A stretch of DNA of 32,000 nt from Pseudodesulfovibrio piezophilus C1TLV30 (GCF_000341895.1 NC_020409.1:2430001-2462000); one strand, 5' to 3'; numbered from the stretch's first letter, positions 1 to 8,556 are shown. The notes: generated by a model from the letters alone, not told the origin. Program-made: numbers and translations.

Positions 1-196
1 GAAAATGCCGAAACTCGGCGGACTGGAATTGCGTCGTCTGCTTTCGGAGAAACATCCACAGATGAAGTTCATTTTTCTGTCCGGCCATGGTTCCGAAGCA
101 GACTACAAAGCCGGAACCGCCGCTGCGACCTGTTATTTGATCAAGCCTGTTGATCTGGAAGAACTTATGGCCAAGATTCAGTGCTGCGACTGCTGA
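1..196 (+). CDS. response regulator receiver domain protein, 3' fragment (start lies upstream of window)
   Basis: The frame is open from the window edge to TGA at 194-196. MPKLGGLEL and the conserved Lys in YLIKPV match the post-phosphoacceptor loop and KP motif of CheY-like receivers. Confidence 0.8.
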   Translation, partial: KMPKLGGLELRRLLSEKHPQMKFIFLSGHGSEADYKAGTAAATCYLIKPVDLEELMAKIQCCDC

Positions 197-214
197 GGTC
201 GTGGGGGAGATATC

Positions 215-844
215 ATGAAGTATAGTGCGGAGACACAGCAGAGCTTGCAATTTTTCGGCACAATCAGTGCGTCCGTTTCTCATGAGATCAAAAATGTTTT
301 TGCTGTGATCAACGAAGGGGCCGGACTTCTGAGTGATCTGGCCCTGATGGTTGAAAAGGGTGTCCCGGTGGACCCGGAGCGTCTTACGCGGGCGGCAGCG
401 ACCATTCAGGGACAGGTTCAGCGCGGTGATGCCATTGTGCGAAACATGAATCGGTTTTCACATTCGACTGACGATGCGGTTCAGGAAGTGAATCTCTGTG
501 ATATTGCGGAACTGACCGTGTCCTTGACCAGACGGATGGCCGATATGAAGCAGATACAGCTCCAGTTGGAATGTGCTGATCCGGTCATGGTTCAGGCTGC
601 ACCATTTTTCCTTATCCGCCTTATACACGAAATTATTGCCTGTTTGATGGAGGCTGTGGAATCCGGGGGGACGCTTGTCGTGACCACTGGAGAAAAAGAC
701 GGTGTCGGAGATATGACCTTTTCTGTTCCGGGACAGACCGTTGCATTGATGAATGAAGCGAATCCCGGACAATTGGCCCATGACATGGGCCTCTCCCTGA
801 CGACAGACAAACACGCCAAAACCCTGAACCTGCGCTTCAGGTGA
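215..844 (+). CDS. sensor-less HisKA-domain protein (histidine kinase core or Spo0B/ChpT-like phosphotransferase)
   Basis: ATG at 215 is preceded by a GGGGGAG SD. The H-box SASVSHEIKNVF (His23, CAT 281-283) is of the NtrB-like HEIKN type. There is no TM or sensor domain. The C-terminal ~100 aa resemble a catalytic domain, but I cannot recognise the N-box Asn or a DxGxG G1 box. Confidence 0.75.
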   Translation: MKYSAETQQSLQFFGTISASVSHEIKNVFAVINEGAGLLSDLALMVEKGVPVDPERLTRAAATIQGQVQRGDAIVRNMNRFSHSTDDAVQEVNLCDIAELTVSLTRRMADMKQIQLQLECADPVMVQAAPFFLIRLIHEIIACLMEAVESGGTLVVTTGEKDGVGDMTFSVPGQTVALMNEANPGQLAHDMGLSLTTDKHAKTLNLRFR

Positions 845-898
845 GCCGCGAAAAAGAGTAAAATACAATGTATTCTTATTTAGCAAGGAGCTGTTCTC

Positions 899-1327
899 AT
901 GGCTGAAAAAGTACTGCTTATCGACGATGAAACGGAGTTCCTGGAAGCCCTGTCCGAGAGAATGCGAATCAGGGGCATGAATGTCAGTACTGCGGATTCC
1001 GCGGATTCCGCAGTCACGGCCATTGACAATGCCGATTACGATGCCATTGTGCTTGATCTTCAGATGCCGGATATGAACGGTATAGAAATGCTCAAGATTA
1101 TCCGGAAAAGTCACCCTGAGATGCAGGTCATCCTGCTCACCGGGCAGGCCACACTGGAAGCCGGAATCCAGGCCATGAAGCTTGGAGCCATGGATTTCAT
1201 GGAAAAGCCTGCTGATATTGATTCCCTGACGGAAAAAATCAAGAAAGCCCAGGCCAAGAAAATGGTGCTGGTGGAGAAGCGGACTGAAAAAAAGGTCAAG
1301 GACATCCTGAAAACCAAGGGGTGGTAA
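899..1327 (+). CDS. single-domain response regulator (CheY-like receiver only)
   Basis: An AAGGAG SD lies 8 nt upstream of the ATG. Receiver motifs are present: LLIDDE acidic pocket, IVLDLQMPDMNG phosphoacceptor Asp53, LLTG and MEKP Lys. At 142 aa there is no output domain. Confidence 0.9.
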   Translation: MAEKVLLIDDETEFLEALSERMRIRGMNVSTADSADSAVTAIDNADYDAIVLDLQMPDMNGIEMLKIIRKSHPEMQVILLTGQATLEAGIQAMKLGAMDFMEKPADIDSLTEKIKKAQAKKMVLVEKRTEKKVKDILKTKGW

Positions 1328-1348
1328 TCGGGATAAATGACGATTTTG

Positions 1349-1408
1349 ACGCACCTGCTTGCAGGTGCGTGTGAAAAGGGTCTTGGCGTGCGGTCAAGGT
1401 CCTTTTTT
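1349..1408 (+). terminator. tandem hairpins downstream of the receiver gene; the second is an intrinsic-terminator-like stem followed by a T-run
   Basis: ACGCACCTGCTTGCAGGTGCGT (1349-1370) is a perfect GC-rich palindrome. It is followed by AAAAGGGTCTTG...CAAGGTCCTTTTTT (1374-1408), a 12-bp stem with two G-U pairs and then T6. Confidence 0.55.
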
Positions 1409-1470
1409 CATGTGAACGGGCCTAAACTGATCCTGTTTTTGCTCCGAAAAGAGGAGATCACGAACACGTC

Positions 1471-2316
1471 ATGATCAACGGAAACACCATGCAGCAGCCA
1501 CTGTTTTTCTTGCATATTCCAAAGACAGCCGGGACCACGTTCAATGCGATCCTGAACGACAATTTTGCTCCCGAGAGTATTTTTGATCTCTATACGGACA
1601 CCCAGCAGGAGCGGCTTCGGCAAACAACCTATGCGGAAATTGCGCGCTACAAGTTGGTGCGTGGTCATGTTTTTATTACCGATTTTGCGGAGATACTGGA
1701 CGGTCCGGTTCGGTTCCGTCCATTCACTTTTCTGCGCGATCCCGTGGAGAGGGTCGTCTCCGAGTACTTCTTTCTCAAGTCGTGGCCCAAAAGTCATATG
1801 TATCGGTTTCTCAATGACAACAAAATTTCATTGGTCGAATATGTAACCAGCGACCAGCCTGAATTACGTATGCGTGGCAGAAACGGCATGGTCAATTCTC
1901 TTTCCGGGGTCGGGCTTTCCTCCATTGAAGAAGGGGTGGAAAAAGCGTGGTTTCATCTCTGTGAGCGGTTTGTCGGCTTTGGCCTGTTGGAACGCTTTGA
2001 TGAATCCATTCTCGTTCTCAGTAAGGTTTTGGGGCTTGAACGGTCTTTTTACGAGCGGCATAATGTTCGTGCCCATGGTGCTCGCCGATCTGTTTCGACT
2101 GCTGAAGAGGAGGTGATACGGGAAGCGAATCAGGCCGATATCATTCTCTATGAGCGCGCCTGTCAGGAGTTCGAGAAACGTGTCAACGAACAAGGTCGGT
2201 CATTTGACACTGAAGTCCGTCAGTTCAGAAAGATCAATGAAAAACTCCAGCGCATCTCCGGTTTGATCATGGAGCGTGACGGTGTTCATCAGGGTGATTT
2301 CGTGAATGGGAAATAA
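1471..2316 (+). CDS. sulfotransferase family protein (Sulfotransfer_2-like, PAPS-dependent type)
   Basis: Both PAPS-binding motifs are readable: the 5'-PSB FLHIPKTAGTT (aa 13-23) and the 3'-PB FLRDPVERVVSEY (aa 87-99). The start is uncertain: ATG 1471 lies 14 nt from an AGAGGAG SD, and ATG 1489 is the alternative. Confidence 0.8.
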   Translation: MINGNTMQQPLFFLHIPKTAGTTFNAILNDNFAPESIFDLYTDTQQERLRQTTYAEIARYKLVRGHVFITDFAEILDGPVRFRPFTFLRDPVERVVSEYFFLKSWPKSHMYRFLNDNKISLVEYVTSDQPELRMRGRNGMVNSLSGVGLSSIEEGVEKAWFHLCERFVGFGLLERFDESILVLSKVLGLERSFYERHNVRAHGARRSVSTAEEEVIREANQADIILYERACQEFEKRVNEQGRSFDTEVRQFRKINEKLQRISGLIMERDGVHQGDFVNGK

Positions 2317-2334
2317 ACTGTGGAGCGAATCGGT

Positions 2335-2364
2335 TTGACATCGTCCTCGTCATGCCCCACTAAT
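2335..2364 (+). promoter_or_regulatory. candidate sigma70-type promoter for fumC
   Basis: A perfect -35 TTGACA (2335-2340) is followed by an 18-nt spacer and ACTAAT (2359-2364, 4/6 match to TATAAT), about 30 nt upstream of the fumC SD. Confidence 0.3.
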
Positions 2365-2395
2365 AGAGTCAGAATACCATCCACGGAGGCACGTT

Positions 2396-3790
2396 ATGGA
2401 CGATTTCAGGATTGAGAAAGATAGTCTCGGCACAGTTGAGGTTCCGGCGGATAAGCTTTGGGGAGCACAGACCCAACGGGCATTACAGCTCTTCGATATT
2501 GGCAATGATGCCATGCCGAGGGAGATGATCGAGGCTTACGGAGTGCTCAAGATGGCGTGCGCTTTGGCCAATCACGGGGCAGATCGGCTTTCCGGTGAAG
2601 CCCGTGACCTTATCGTGGGAGTTTGCGAGGAAATTTTATCCGGCCACCATGCGGATATGTTCCCCCTGTCAGTCTGGATTTCCGGGAGTGGCACGCAGTT
2701 CAACATGAATGTAAATGAAGTCATCGCCAATCGATGCTCCCAGATTGCTGGCAAACCACTTGGTTCGAAAGAACCTGTCCATCCCAACGATCATGTTAAC
2801 CGTTCGCAGTCCACCAATGACAATTTCCCTTCAGCCATGTATATGGCAGCTGCTCTGGGTGTGTCACGCGATCTGATCCCGGTGGCCCGGATTTTTGCTG
2901 AGAGTCTCGCTACTCATGCCACGGCCTGGGAAGGGGTGGTCAAGATCGGCCGGACTCATATGCAGGATGCGACCCCTCTGACATTGGGACAGGAATTTTC
3001 TGGCTATGCCGGATTGATAGAGGACAATGTGGTTCGCCTTGAGGCGGCCCTTCAGGATGTTTTCAAACTACCACTGGGTGGCACGGCAGTGGGAACGGGC
3101 ATCAACGCCTACCCTGGTTTCGACAAGGACGCTATCGGGCATATTGCCGACCTGACAGGGCTTCCTTTTGTTCCGGCGGCAAACAAGTTTACGGTGCAAG
3201 GCAGTCATGACGCGCTTATTCAACTTTCCGGCAGTCTGAAAACTCTGGCTTCATCTCTTTACAAAATCGCCTGTGATATTCGTCTATTGGCCTGCGGACC
3301 GCGCGCAGGACTCGGGGAATTAGTCCTGCCTGCCAATGAGCCAGGCTCATCGATCATGCCAGGCAAGGTTAATCCGACGCAGTGCGAAGCCCTGAGCATG
3401 GTTGCCATTCAGGTCATGGCCAATGATTACGCCATCACCCTGGGCGGATCCGGGGGGATTCTTGAAATGAACGTATACAAGCCTCTGATGATACATAATA
3501 TCATGCAGTCCATCAGAACCATGGCCGGGGCCATGCTTTCATTCAAGAGCCATCTTCTGGACGGCCTGACAGCCAATACCGACCGTATCAAGGAGCTGGT
3601 GGGCCGATCCCTGATGTTGGTCACGGCGCTGAGCCCGGCCATCGGGTACGAGAAGGCGGCTAAGATAGCCATGCACGCGCATGGTTCCGGCTCAACGCTC
3701 AAGGAAGCGGCTCTGGAGCTGGGGTATGTTACGGAAGTGGAGTTCGACGATCTCGTGGTGCCGGAAAAGATGGTCCGTCCCCAAGCTTAA
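2396..3790 (+). CDS. fumC: class II fumarate hydratase
   Basis: GGAGG SD is present. The 464-aa product carries the fumarate lyase signature [16 protein letters not shown] plus the typical N-terminal sequence [22 protein letters not shown]. Confidence 0.97.
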   Translation: MDDFRIEKDSLGTVEVPADKLWGAQTQRALQLFDIGNDAMPREMIEAYGVLKMACALANHGADRLSGEARDLIVGVCEEILSGHHADMFPLSVWISGSGTQFNMNVNEVIANRCSQIAGKPLGSKEPVHPNDHVNRSQSTNDNFPSAMYMAAALGVSRDLIPVARIFAESLATHATAWEGVVKIGRTHMQDATPLTLGQEFSGYAGLIEDNVVRLEAALQDVFKLPLGGTAVGTGINAYPGFDKDAIGHIADLTGLPFVPAANKFTVQGSHDALIQLSGSLKTLASSLYKIACDIRLLACGPRAGLGELVLPANEPGSSIMPGKVNPTQCEALSMVAIQVMANDYAITLGGSGGILEMNVYKPLMIHNIMQSIRTMAGAMLSFKSHLLDGLTANTDRIKELVGRSLMLVTALSPAIGYEKAAKIAMHAHGSGSTLKEAALELGYVTEVEFDDLVVPEKMVRPQA

Positions 3791-4389
3791 GTTGAAGTGA
3801 CGAAAAGGGCATAGACGGTTGCCCCGATCATGATCGTGACGAGCATTCCGTTGATACCGAGCAGGACTCTGCGTGATTTGAGGGTACGCATGAGCAGGGT
3901 CCCGGCAAGCCCCCACAGGGAATGAAAGGAAACCTGGAAAAAAGTGAAGGTTCCCACATAGACCATGATTGTGTGTGCAAGGGGAAGGTCTGATGTGGCG
4001 ATCTGGCTGAATCCGACCACTGCCATGGCCCAGCTTTTGGGATTGGTCGGGTGGAGAAAAATGCCTTCCACAAAGGTAAACCGTTTGTTTGCATCCGGAG
4101 TGGACAGCTGCATTTTCATAATTTTCCAGCCCAAATACACGATATAAGTCAGGCCAAATAGACGCACAGCCCATGCGAATTGGGGTGATGCCATAAAAAG
4201 GCCGCCAAGACCGAGGGCAACCGTGGTATCAAGAGTCATGGCACCAACCGTGGTCCCGAGCAGAAAAGGCAGGGATGAACGGAATCCGGTGGTTTGGCCA
4301 ATGGCCATCATGGACAGGTTGCCCATGCCCGGTGTGCCGGTCATCACGATCACGAAAAGCAGGAAGGCCGTATAGGTCTCAAGATGCAT
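3787..4389 (-). CDS. LysE/RhtB family amino acid exporter
   Basis: The N-terminus [24 protein letters not shown] is typical of the family, and the product is a ~200-aa multi-TM protein. I prefer ATG at 4389 because a GGAG SD (revcomp of 4391-4400) precedes it; the ORF-track start at 4482 would add 31 non-hydrophobic residues. Confidence 0.85.
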   Translation of the reverse strand: MHLETYTAFLLFVIVMTGTPGMGNLSMMAIGQTTGFRSSLPFLLGTTVGAMTLDTTVALGLGGLFMASPQFAWAVRLFGLTYIVYLGWKIMKMQLSTPDANKRFTFVEGIFLHPTNPKSWAMAVVGFSQIATSDLPLAHTIMVYVGTFTFFQVSFHSLWGLAGTLLMRTLKSRRVLLGINGMLVTIMIGATVYALFVTST

Positions 4390-4503
4390 CAACTTTCTCC
4401 ATTCGATTGAGAGTGGACAGTGTCTTCTGCCACAGGGCTTTTTGAGAGAGGATTCTTCATTATCATTGTGTATTGTTGACATTTGTATGGCGTCAATGGG
4501 AAT

Positions 4504-4520
4504 ATTGTCTGCATGACAAT
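4504..4520. promoter_or_regulatory. inverted repeat ATTGTC-N5-GACAAT, candidate operator in the lysE-family/mocR-type divergent region
   Basis: The arms are perfect 6-bp repeats. Two further ATTGT copies occur at 4465 and 4472, and a TTGACA hexamer lies at 4476-4481. Confidence 0.3.
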
Positions 4521-5880
4521 CTATTCACCATACATGGCTGGAGGAGAGGAGCCGCTTTACAAGTCGCTGGCAGATGCCCTAGAGCAAGATATTCAAAACG
4601 GAATCCTTCTGCCTGGACAGCGGCTACCGACCCATCGGGATATGGCGGATGCGCTTGGTGTGAATGTCTCGACCGTGACACGAGGGTATGGTGAAGCGGA
4701 AAAAAGGGGCCTGCTTTCCGGCACTGTCGGGCGGGGAACATTTGTTTCGACTGATGCCGTGACTTCCACATCCATGGTCTCATTTGAGCCATCGGCGCCG
4801 GGTATGCTGGAGATGGGGCTGATTTCCCCTTTCCATCACCTTGACCCGGATATCTCGGAAGGATTCCGTCGTCTTGTACGCCGTAAAAATCCCGATATAT
4901 TCATGCAGTACAGTGACCCGAGGGGGATGCTAGAGCATCGCCAGGCCGGAGCTGAATGGACTGCGCGCTATGGTCTCAAGGCATCAGCCGAGGATGTCAT
5001 TGTCTGTGCGGGAGCACAGCATGCCCTGACCTGTTGTCTGAGCGGACTTTTCCGCCCCGGTGACAAGATTGCCACCGATGCCATGACCTATCCCGGTTTG
5101 AAAACCCTGGCGGCCATGCTTGGTATCCGCTTGGTGCCTATCGCCATGGACGGGGAAGGCATGGTGCCTGATGCCCTGGATACTGCCTGCCGTCGAGACA
5201 GAATCAAAGGGGTGTATCTCATGCCCGGCGTGCATAACCCCACCACCGCGACCCTTCAGGATGGGCGGCGTGACATGGTGGCCCGGCTGGCGGATGTTCA
5301 CGACCTGATCATCATAGAAGATGATGCGTACGATCTGACTGCTCCGGGCACTCCCGAACCGGTGGGAAGTCGGGCGCGGCATCGCAGTGTTTTCATTGCC
5401 GGACTTTCAAAGTCATTGGCAGCAGGACTCAGGGTCGCTTTTGTGGTTGCTCCAAAGCCGTATCTCAAACCCTTGGCTCAGGCTGTACTCAATACCATTT
5501 GGATGGCCCCTCCACTCAATGTTGAACTGGCGGCGATGTGGATAGGAGATGGAACTGCGGACAGGGTCGTGGAAGCAAAGCGAAAAGAGGCATCGGTTCG
5601 GTATATGGCGGCGTGTGATCTCTTGGAGGGAATTCGATTTCGAGGACGAGCAGGCGGTTTTTTCCTTTGGATGGAGCTTCCGGCAGGGTGGACTGGGACA
5701 TTCTTCGAACAAGCGGCCCGTGAGCAGGGAGTCAATGTGTTCGGCGCGGAAAAATTTGCTGTGGGCGAGACGGCTCCCTTACCGGCGGCTCGGGTTTCCC
5801 TGACCGGGACCGATTCCATTGAGGAGCTTCGCAGAGGGTTGCGGATACTGTTGGGAATTTTAAAAGATAAAAGGGCATGA
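4513..5880 (+). CDS. MocR/PdxR-type regulator (GntR wHTH fused to a PLP-dependent aminotransferase-like domain)
   Basis: The N-terminal GntR HTH reads LYKSLADALEQDIQNGILLPGQRLPTHRDMADALGVNVSTVTRGY. The fold-type I aminotransferase body has the PLP-Lys motif GLSKSLAAGLRV. The start is ambiguous: TTG 4483, ATG 4513 or ATG 4534. Confidence 0.88.
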   Translation: MTIYSPYMAGGEEPLYKSLADALEQDIQNGILLPGQRLPTHRDMADALGVNVSTVTRGYGEAEKRGLLSGTVGRGTFVSTDAVTSTSMVSFEPSAPGMLEMGLISPFHHLDPDISEGFRRLVRRKNPDIFMQYSDPRGMLEHRQAGAEWTARYGLKASAEDVIVCAGAQHALTCCLSGLFRPGDKIATDAMTYPGLKTLAAMLGIRLVPIAMDGEGMVPDALDTACRRDRIKGVYLMPGVHNPTTATLQDGRRDMVARLADVHDLIIIEDDAYDLTAPGTPEPVGSRARHRSVFIAGLSKSLAAGLRVAFVVAPKPYLKPLAQAVLNTIWMAPPLNVELAAMWIGDGTADRVVEAKRKEASVRYMAACDLLEGIRFRGRAGGFFLWMELPAGWTGTFFEQAAREQGVNVFGAEKFAVGETAPLPAARVSLTGTDSIEELRRGLRILLGILKDKRA

Positions 5881-5919
5881 CATATGGCACACCCTTTGAA
5901 TTTTTCAATATAAAGTGTT

Positions 5920-6561
5920 TTATTCCAGTGTCTTGATAAATTCATCCGCTTCTGCGATGGATTTTTCCATCTCCTTGATGAGCGACTCCACATCACTGCG
6001 GATGGTTCCGAGTTCTCCTTCAAGTGCGGCAATGGCCTTGGCATTGAGATTGTGCTTGAGATAGAGCACCTGATCCTTGAAAGCGGCTAGAACCGGGTCC
6101 ATTTTTGAGCTGGCTTTCTTCATGGCCTTAAGCAACGAGCCGTAGCGGCGCTTGGTCGCGGTCAGCTTTTTCTGGCTGGCGCGGCGTAGCTTGGCACTGG
6201 AGTATTGTGTAATTTCTTCCGACCACTCGTCGAACAGCGCGTCGGCAACATCTTCCACAGACGCGATGCGGTCCCGGACATCGTCCGCCATGGCTTCACT
6301 TGTTTCATACTCACCATTGAGGATGTCGTATTTGTCTTCCAGTTCTCCGCCATCAAAGTCCACCACGGATTTGTATCGTTCCAACGCATTGGCAAACTGT
6401 TCCTTGGCGTCTTCCTGGGATTCTTGTGCATTTTCCACGCGGTCTGCCAGAATCTCGCGTTTATCATAGCCGATTTTTTCCATGGAGGCGTAATATGCCT
6501 TGGAACAGCCGAGGGCCGCGACCATGGAAAGTAGGGTCAGGGCGAGAATTATCCGTTTCAT
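5920..6561 (-). CDS. DUF2959 family lipoprotein
   Basis: Signal peptide plus lipobox: MKRIILALTLLSMVAALGC. This is followed by SKAYYASMEKIGYDKREILADRVENAQESQEDAKEQF, which I recall as characteristic of DUF2959. ATG 6561 has an AAGGAG SD 6 nt upstream, and the track start at 6576 lies inside that SD. Confidence 0.8.
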   Translation of the reverse strand: MKRIILALTLLSMVAALGCSKAYYASMEKIGYDKREILADRVENAQESQEDAKEQFANALERYKSVVDFDGGELEDKYDILNGEYETSEAMADDVRDRIASVEDVADALFDEWSEEITQYSSAKLRRASQKKLTATKRRYGSLLKAMKKASSKMDPVLAAFKDQVLYLKHNLNAKAIAALEGELGTIRSDVESLIKEMEKSIAEADEFIKTLE

Positions 6562-6646
6562 GAGTGCTCCTTGCAAAGTGATTTGAATGCCGTTCTTCTC
6601 CTGAGATACAACAAAGGTGCGGAGCGGGCAATGCCATGTGCTTTTC

Positions 6647-7540
6647 TCATTGGGCCGGAGTCAGTTCGCGCTGTGCTCCCTCTACAAGTGCCGCAGTGAA
6701 GCTGCGTAGTTCCCGAGACTCCAGATTCCAGCAATGCCAGTGCAGGTGCACCGTGAAGGCATATCCTGGCAGCATTTCTATCAACGCGCCCTGATTGACA
6801 TATTCATCCGCCTGTTCGTGGGGCAACATGCCGCAGACCTGCCCGCTGGCTATAGTCGGGGCAAATTTTTCGGATGAGGGGAGATAAAAAGCGTTATAGT
6901 GTGCCGGGGGGTGGCCTAATGCCTCTGCCAACAGGACGCCATGCATGAGGTCTTTGCGGTTGAATATAAGGATCGGGGCGTGCTGAACAGACGCGATATC
7001 AATGCCTTTGTCGAACCACTTCGTTTTGTATTCCGGAGTGCAGTACATTCTGTAAACTTGAATGCCTAATGATTCCACACGGCAGCCTTGAAAGGGGTCG
7101 CTCCTGTCGCTGATACATCCCAAAACCTCGCCGTCGCGCAGAAGCTGATGCGTCTGGGCCTGATCATCCACGGCAAGGTCGAGTAGGAGCTGTTTTTCCT
7201 TAAGGTAGCTTTCAATGGCCGGGAAAAACCATGTGGCAAGGGAATCGGCATTGATACCGATAGGCACTGTGGTGAATCCTTCCTGCTGCCATCCCAGGCC
7301 TGTTGCGAGATCGGTTTCCAGTTGGCAGACCTGCCGATAGTGTTTGAGGATTTCTTTTCCTGCCACTGTGGGGGCGGGCGGTGATGTTCGGACCAGCAAG
7401 AGGCATCCTGTCTGTTCCTCCAGCAGCTTGATCCGTTGGGATACCGCGGATTGAGTCAGATGCAGGGCATGTGCGGCCTTTTCAAAACCACCTTCACGTA
7501 CCACCATGGCAAGTGCTTCAATCAGTTTATAGTCCAGCAT
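6647..7540 (-). CDS. argP: LysR-family transcriptional regulator ArgP/IciA type
   Basis: MLDYKLIEALAMVVREGGFEKAAHALHLTQSAVSQRIKLLEEQTG...LLVRTSPPAPT aligns closely with my recollection of E. coli ArgP. The gene is divergent from an ArgO-type exporter. Confidence 0.85.
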   Translation of the reverse strand: MLDYKLIEALAMVVREGGFEKAAHALHLTQSAVSQRIKLLEEQTGCLLLVRTSPPAPTVAGKEILKHYRQVCQLETDLATGLGWQQEGFTTVPIGINADSLATWFFPAIESYLKEKQLLLDLAVDDQAQTHQLLRDGEVLGCISDRSDPFQGCRVESLGIQVYRMYCTPEYKTKWFDKGIDIASVQHAPILIFNRKDLMHGVLLAEALGHPPAHYNAFYLPSSEKFAPTIASGQVCGMLPHEQADEYVNQGALIEMLPGYAFTVHLHWHCWNLESRELRSFTAALVEGAQRELTPAQ

Positions 7541-7548
7541 GAGTTGTC

Positions 7549-7563
7549 ATTAGCAAAATTAAT
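7549..7563. promoter_or_regulatory. LysR-type T-N11-A / ATTA-N7-TAAT dyad in the argP-argO intergenic region
   Basis: ATTAGCAAAATTAAT lies immediately upstream of the argP start codon in the 151-nt divergent region. Confidence 0.3.
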
Positions 7564-7691
7564 GCATGATGAAAATAAGTAGTTGTACACGATCACGTTG
7601 CATCCGTTAAAGCTCTTCTCAGTCGAACATGTGGAGTGGCTGTCCCCATTTTCAATGGCGGCAGGTGACTCTCTGAAAGAGGAGAAACAGT

Positions 7692-8303
7692 ATGACGGCT
7701 TTTCTACAGGGGTTTGGTTTGGGGGGCGGGTTAATCGTGGCCATTGGAGCGCAGAACGCCTTTGTTTTAACGCAAGGGGTTCGGCGTAATTACCCTATGG
7801 CCGTCGCTACCGTCTGTATTGTTTGTGATGGCCTGCTAATTTTTCTCGGAGTCACTGGCGTGGGGAGTGCTGTTGGCCGTTATCCACTTCTCGGGCGACT
7901 GGCCGCGTGGGGTGGGGCGGCGTTTCTGGCATGGTACGGGTTCGGAGCGTTCCGCTCGGCATGGAAGGGAGGAGTGCTCGAACAGGGCAGAAATTCCGGC
8001 AAGACATTGCGGCAGACCCTTTTACTCACATTGGGAGTGACATTGCTCAACCCCCATGTCTATCTGGATACTGTTCTGTTGATGGGGTCTGTGTCTGGTC
8101 AGTTCGCCATTCCTGAGCGGTATGTTTTTGGATTGGGTGCGTTGTGTGCCTCTATCGTGTGGTTTATTCTGCTTAGTCTTGGGGGACAGGTTCTTGCCCC
8201 GGTATTCAGTCGCCAATCCACATGGCGGTTCCTGGATGGTGTCGTCTGCCTGACCATGTGGAGTCTCGCTTTAGGCTTGATCCGGTCCACGCTGTCTACA
8301 TAG
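7692..8303 (+). CDS. argO: LysE/ArgO family arginine (basic amino acid) exporter
   Basis: Strong GAGGAG SD. FLQGFGLGGGLIVAIGAQNAFVLTQGVRRNY and LTLGVTLLNPHVYLDTVLLMGS match the ArgO motifs PLGPQNAFV and LNPHVYLDT. Paired with argP. Confidence 0.87.
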   Translation: MTAFLQGFGLGGGLIVAIGAQNAFVLTQGVRRNYPMAVATVCIVCDGLLIFLGVTGVGSAVGRYPLLGRLAAWGGAAFLAWYGFGAFRSAWKGGVLEQGRNSGKTLRQTLLLTLGVTLLNPHVYLDTVLLMGSVSGQFAIPERYVFGLGALCASIVWFILLSLGGQVLAPVFSRQSTWRFLDGVVCLTMWSLALGLIRSTLST

Positions 8304-8525
8304 TTTGTGTTCCTCTTTGAAGTGTTCATGGGTGGGTGCCATGAAGGACTCTCATTGAATCAAGAGGATTTCGCCTTCTTGCAAGTTTGTGTCGTGCCAA
8401 GGCTATGGTTTCGAGTTCAACCCTTCATCTTTTTGCCCGGTATGCGTATGATCGGGGCAGGAGTTGATGATGCATGCTTGTCTTGTGAAAAAGGGACAAC
8501 ACGGCCCATAAAGATATCCATCAAG

Positions 8526-8556
8526 TTGTCACTGTGAATATGCCGGATTGTCACTG
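8526..8556 (+). repeat. phased 9-bp direct repeat TTGTCACTG (x2, 22-nt period) upstream of the HD gene
   Basis: Copies at 8526-8534 and 8548-8556, 83-113 nt upstream of the ATG at 8639. Confidence 0.6.

Noticed and set aside
194-217. The TGA ending the first receiver gene (after ...IQCCDC) is in frame with the next ORF. This raised the idea of a selenocysteine or read-through REC-HisKA fusion.
   Set aside because: The downstream gene has its own strong GGGGGAG SD and ATG. I could not draw a SECIS-like hairpin immediately 3' of the TGA. A shared frame has a one-in-three chance expectation.
458-1354. A 298-aa ORF antisense to the HisKA gene and the receiver gene.
   Set aside because: It overlaps two genes that have clear domains and SDs. 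Its translation is rich in His, Arg, Phe and Gly and has no recognisable motif, which is typical of a shadow ORF opposite RNY-biased coding sequence.
5896-5908. TTGAA-TTT-TTCAA, and a similar TTGAA-TT-TTCAA at 16712-16723, considered as FNR/CRP-type boxes or a dispersed repeat.
   Set aside because: The spacing (2-3 nt) is wrong for TTGAT-N4-ATCAA. The elements are short AT-rich palindromes in 3' regions, which are more likely incidental or small hairpins.
8407-8423. GGTTTCGAGTTCAACCC, which resembles a tRNA T-arm (GGTTCGAnTCC).
   Set aside because: The flanking bases do not form the 5-bp T-stem, and no acceptor or anticodon arms can be drawn. It is not a tRNA.
8307-8537. A 76-aa ORF in the 335-nt gap after argO.
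   Set aside because: It has a non-ATG start, no SD, an odd composition and no motif. I treat the region as non-coding, and it is flagged separately as unexplained.
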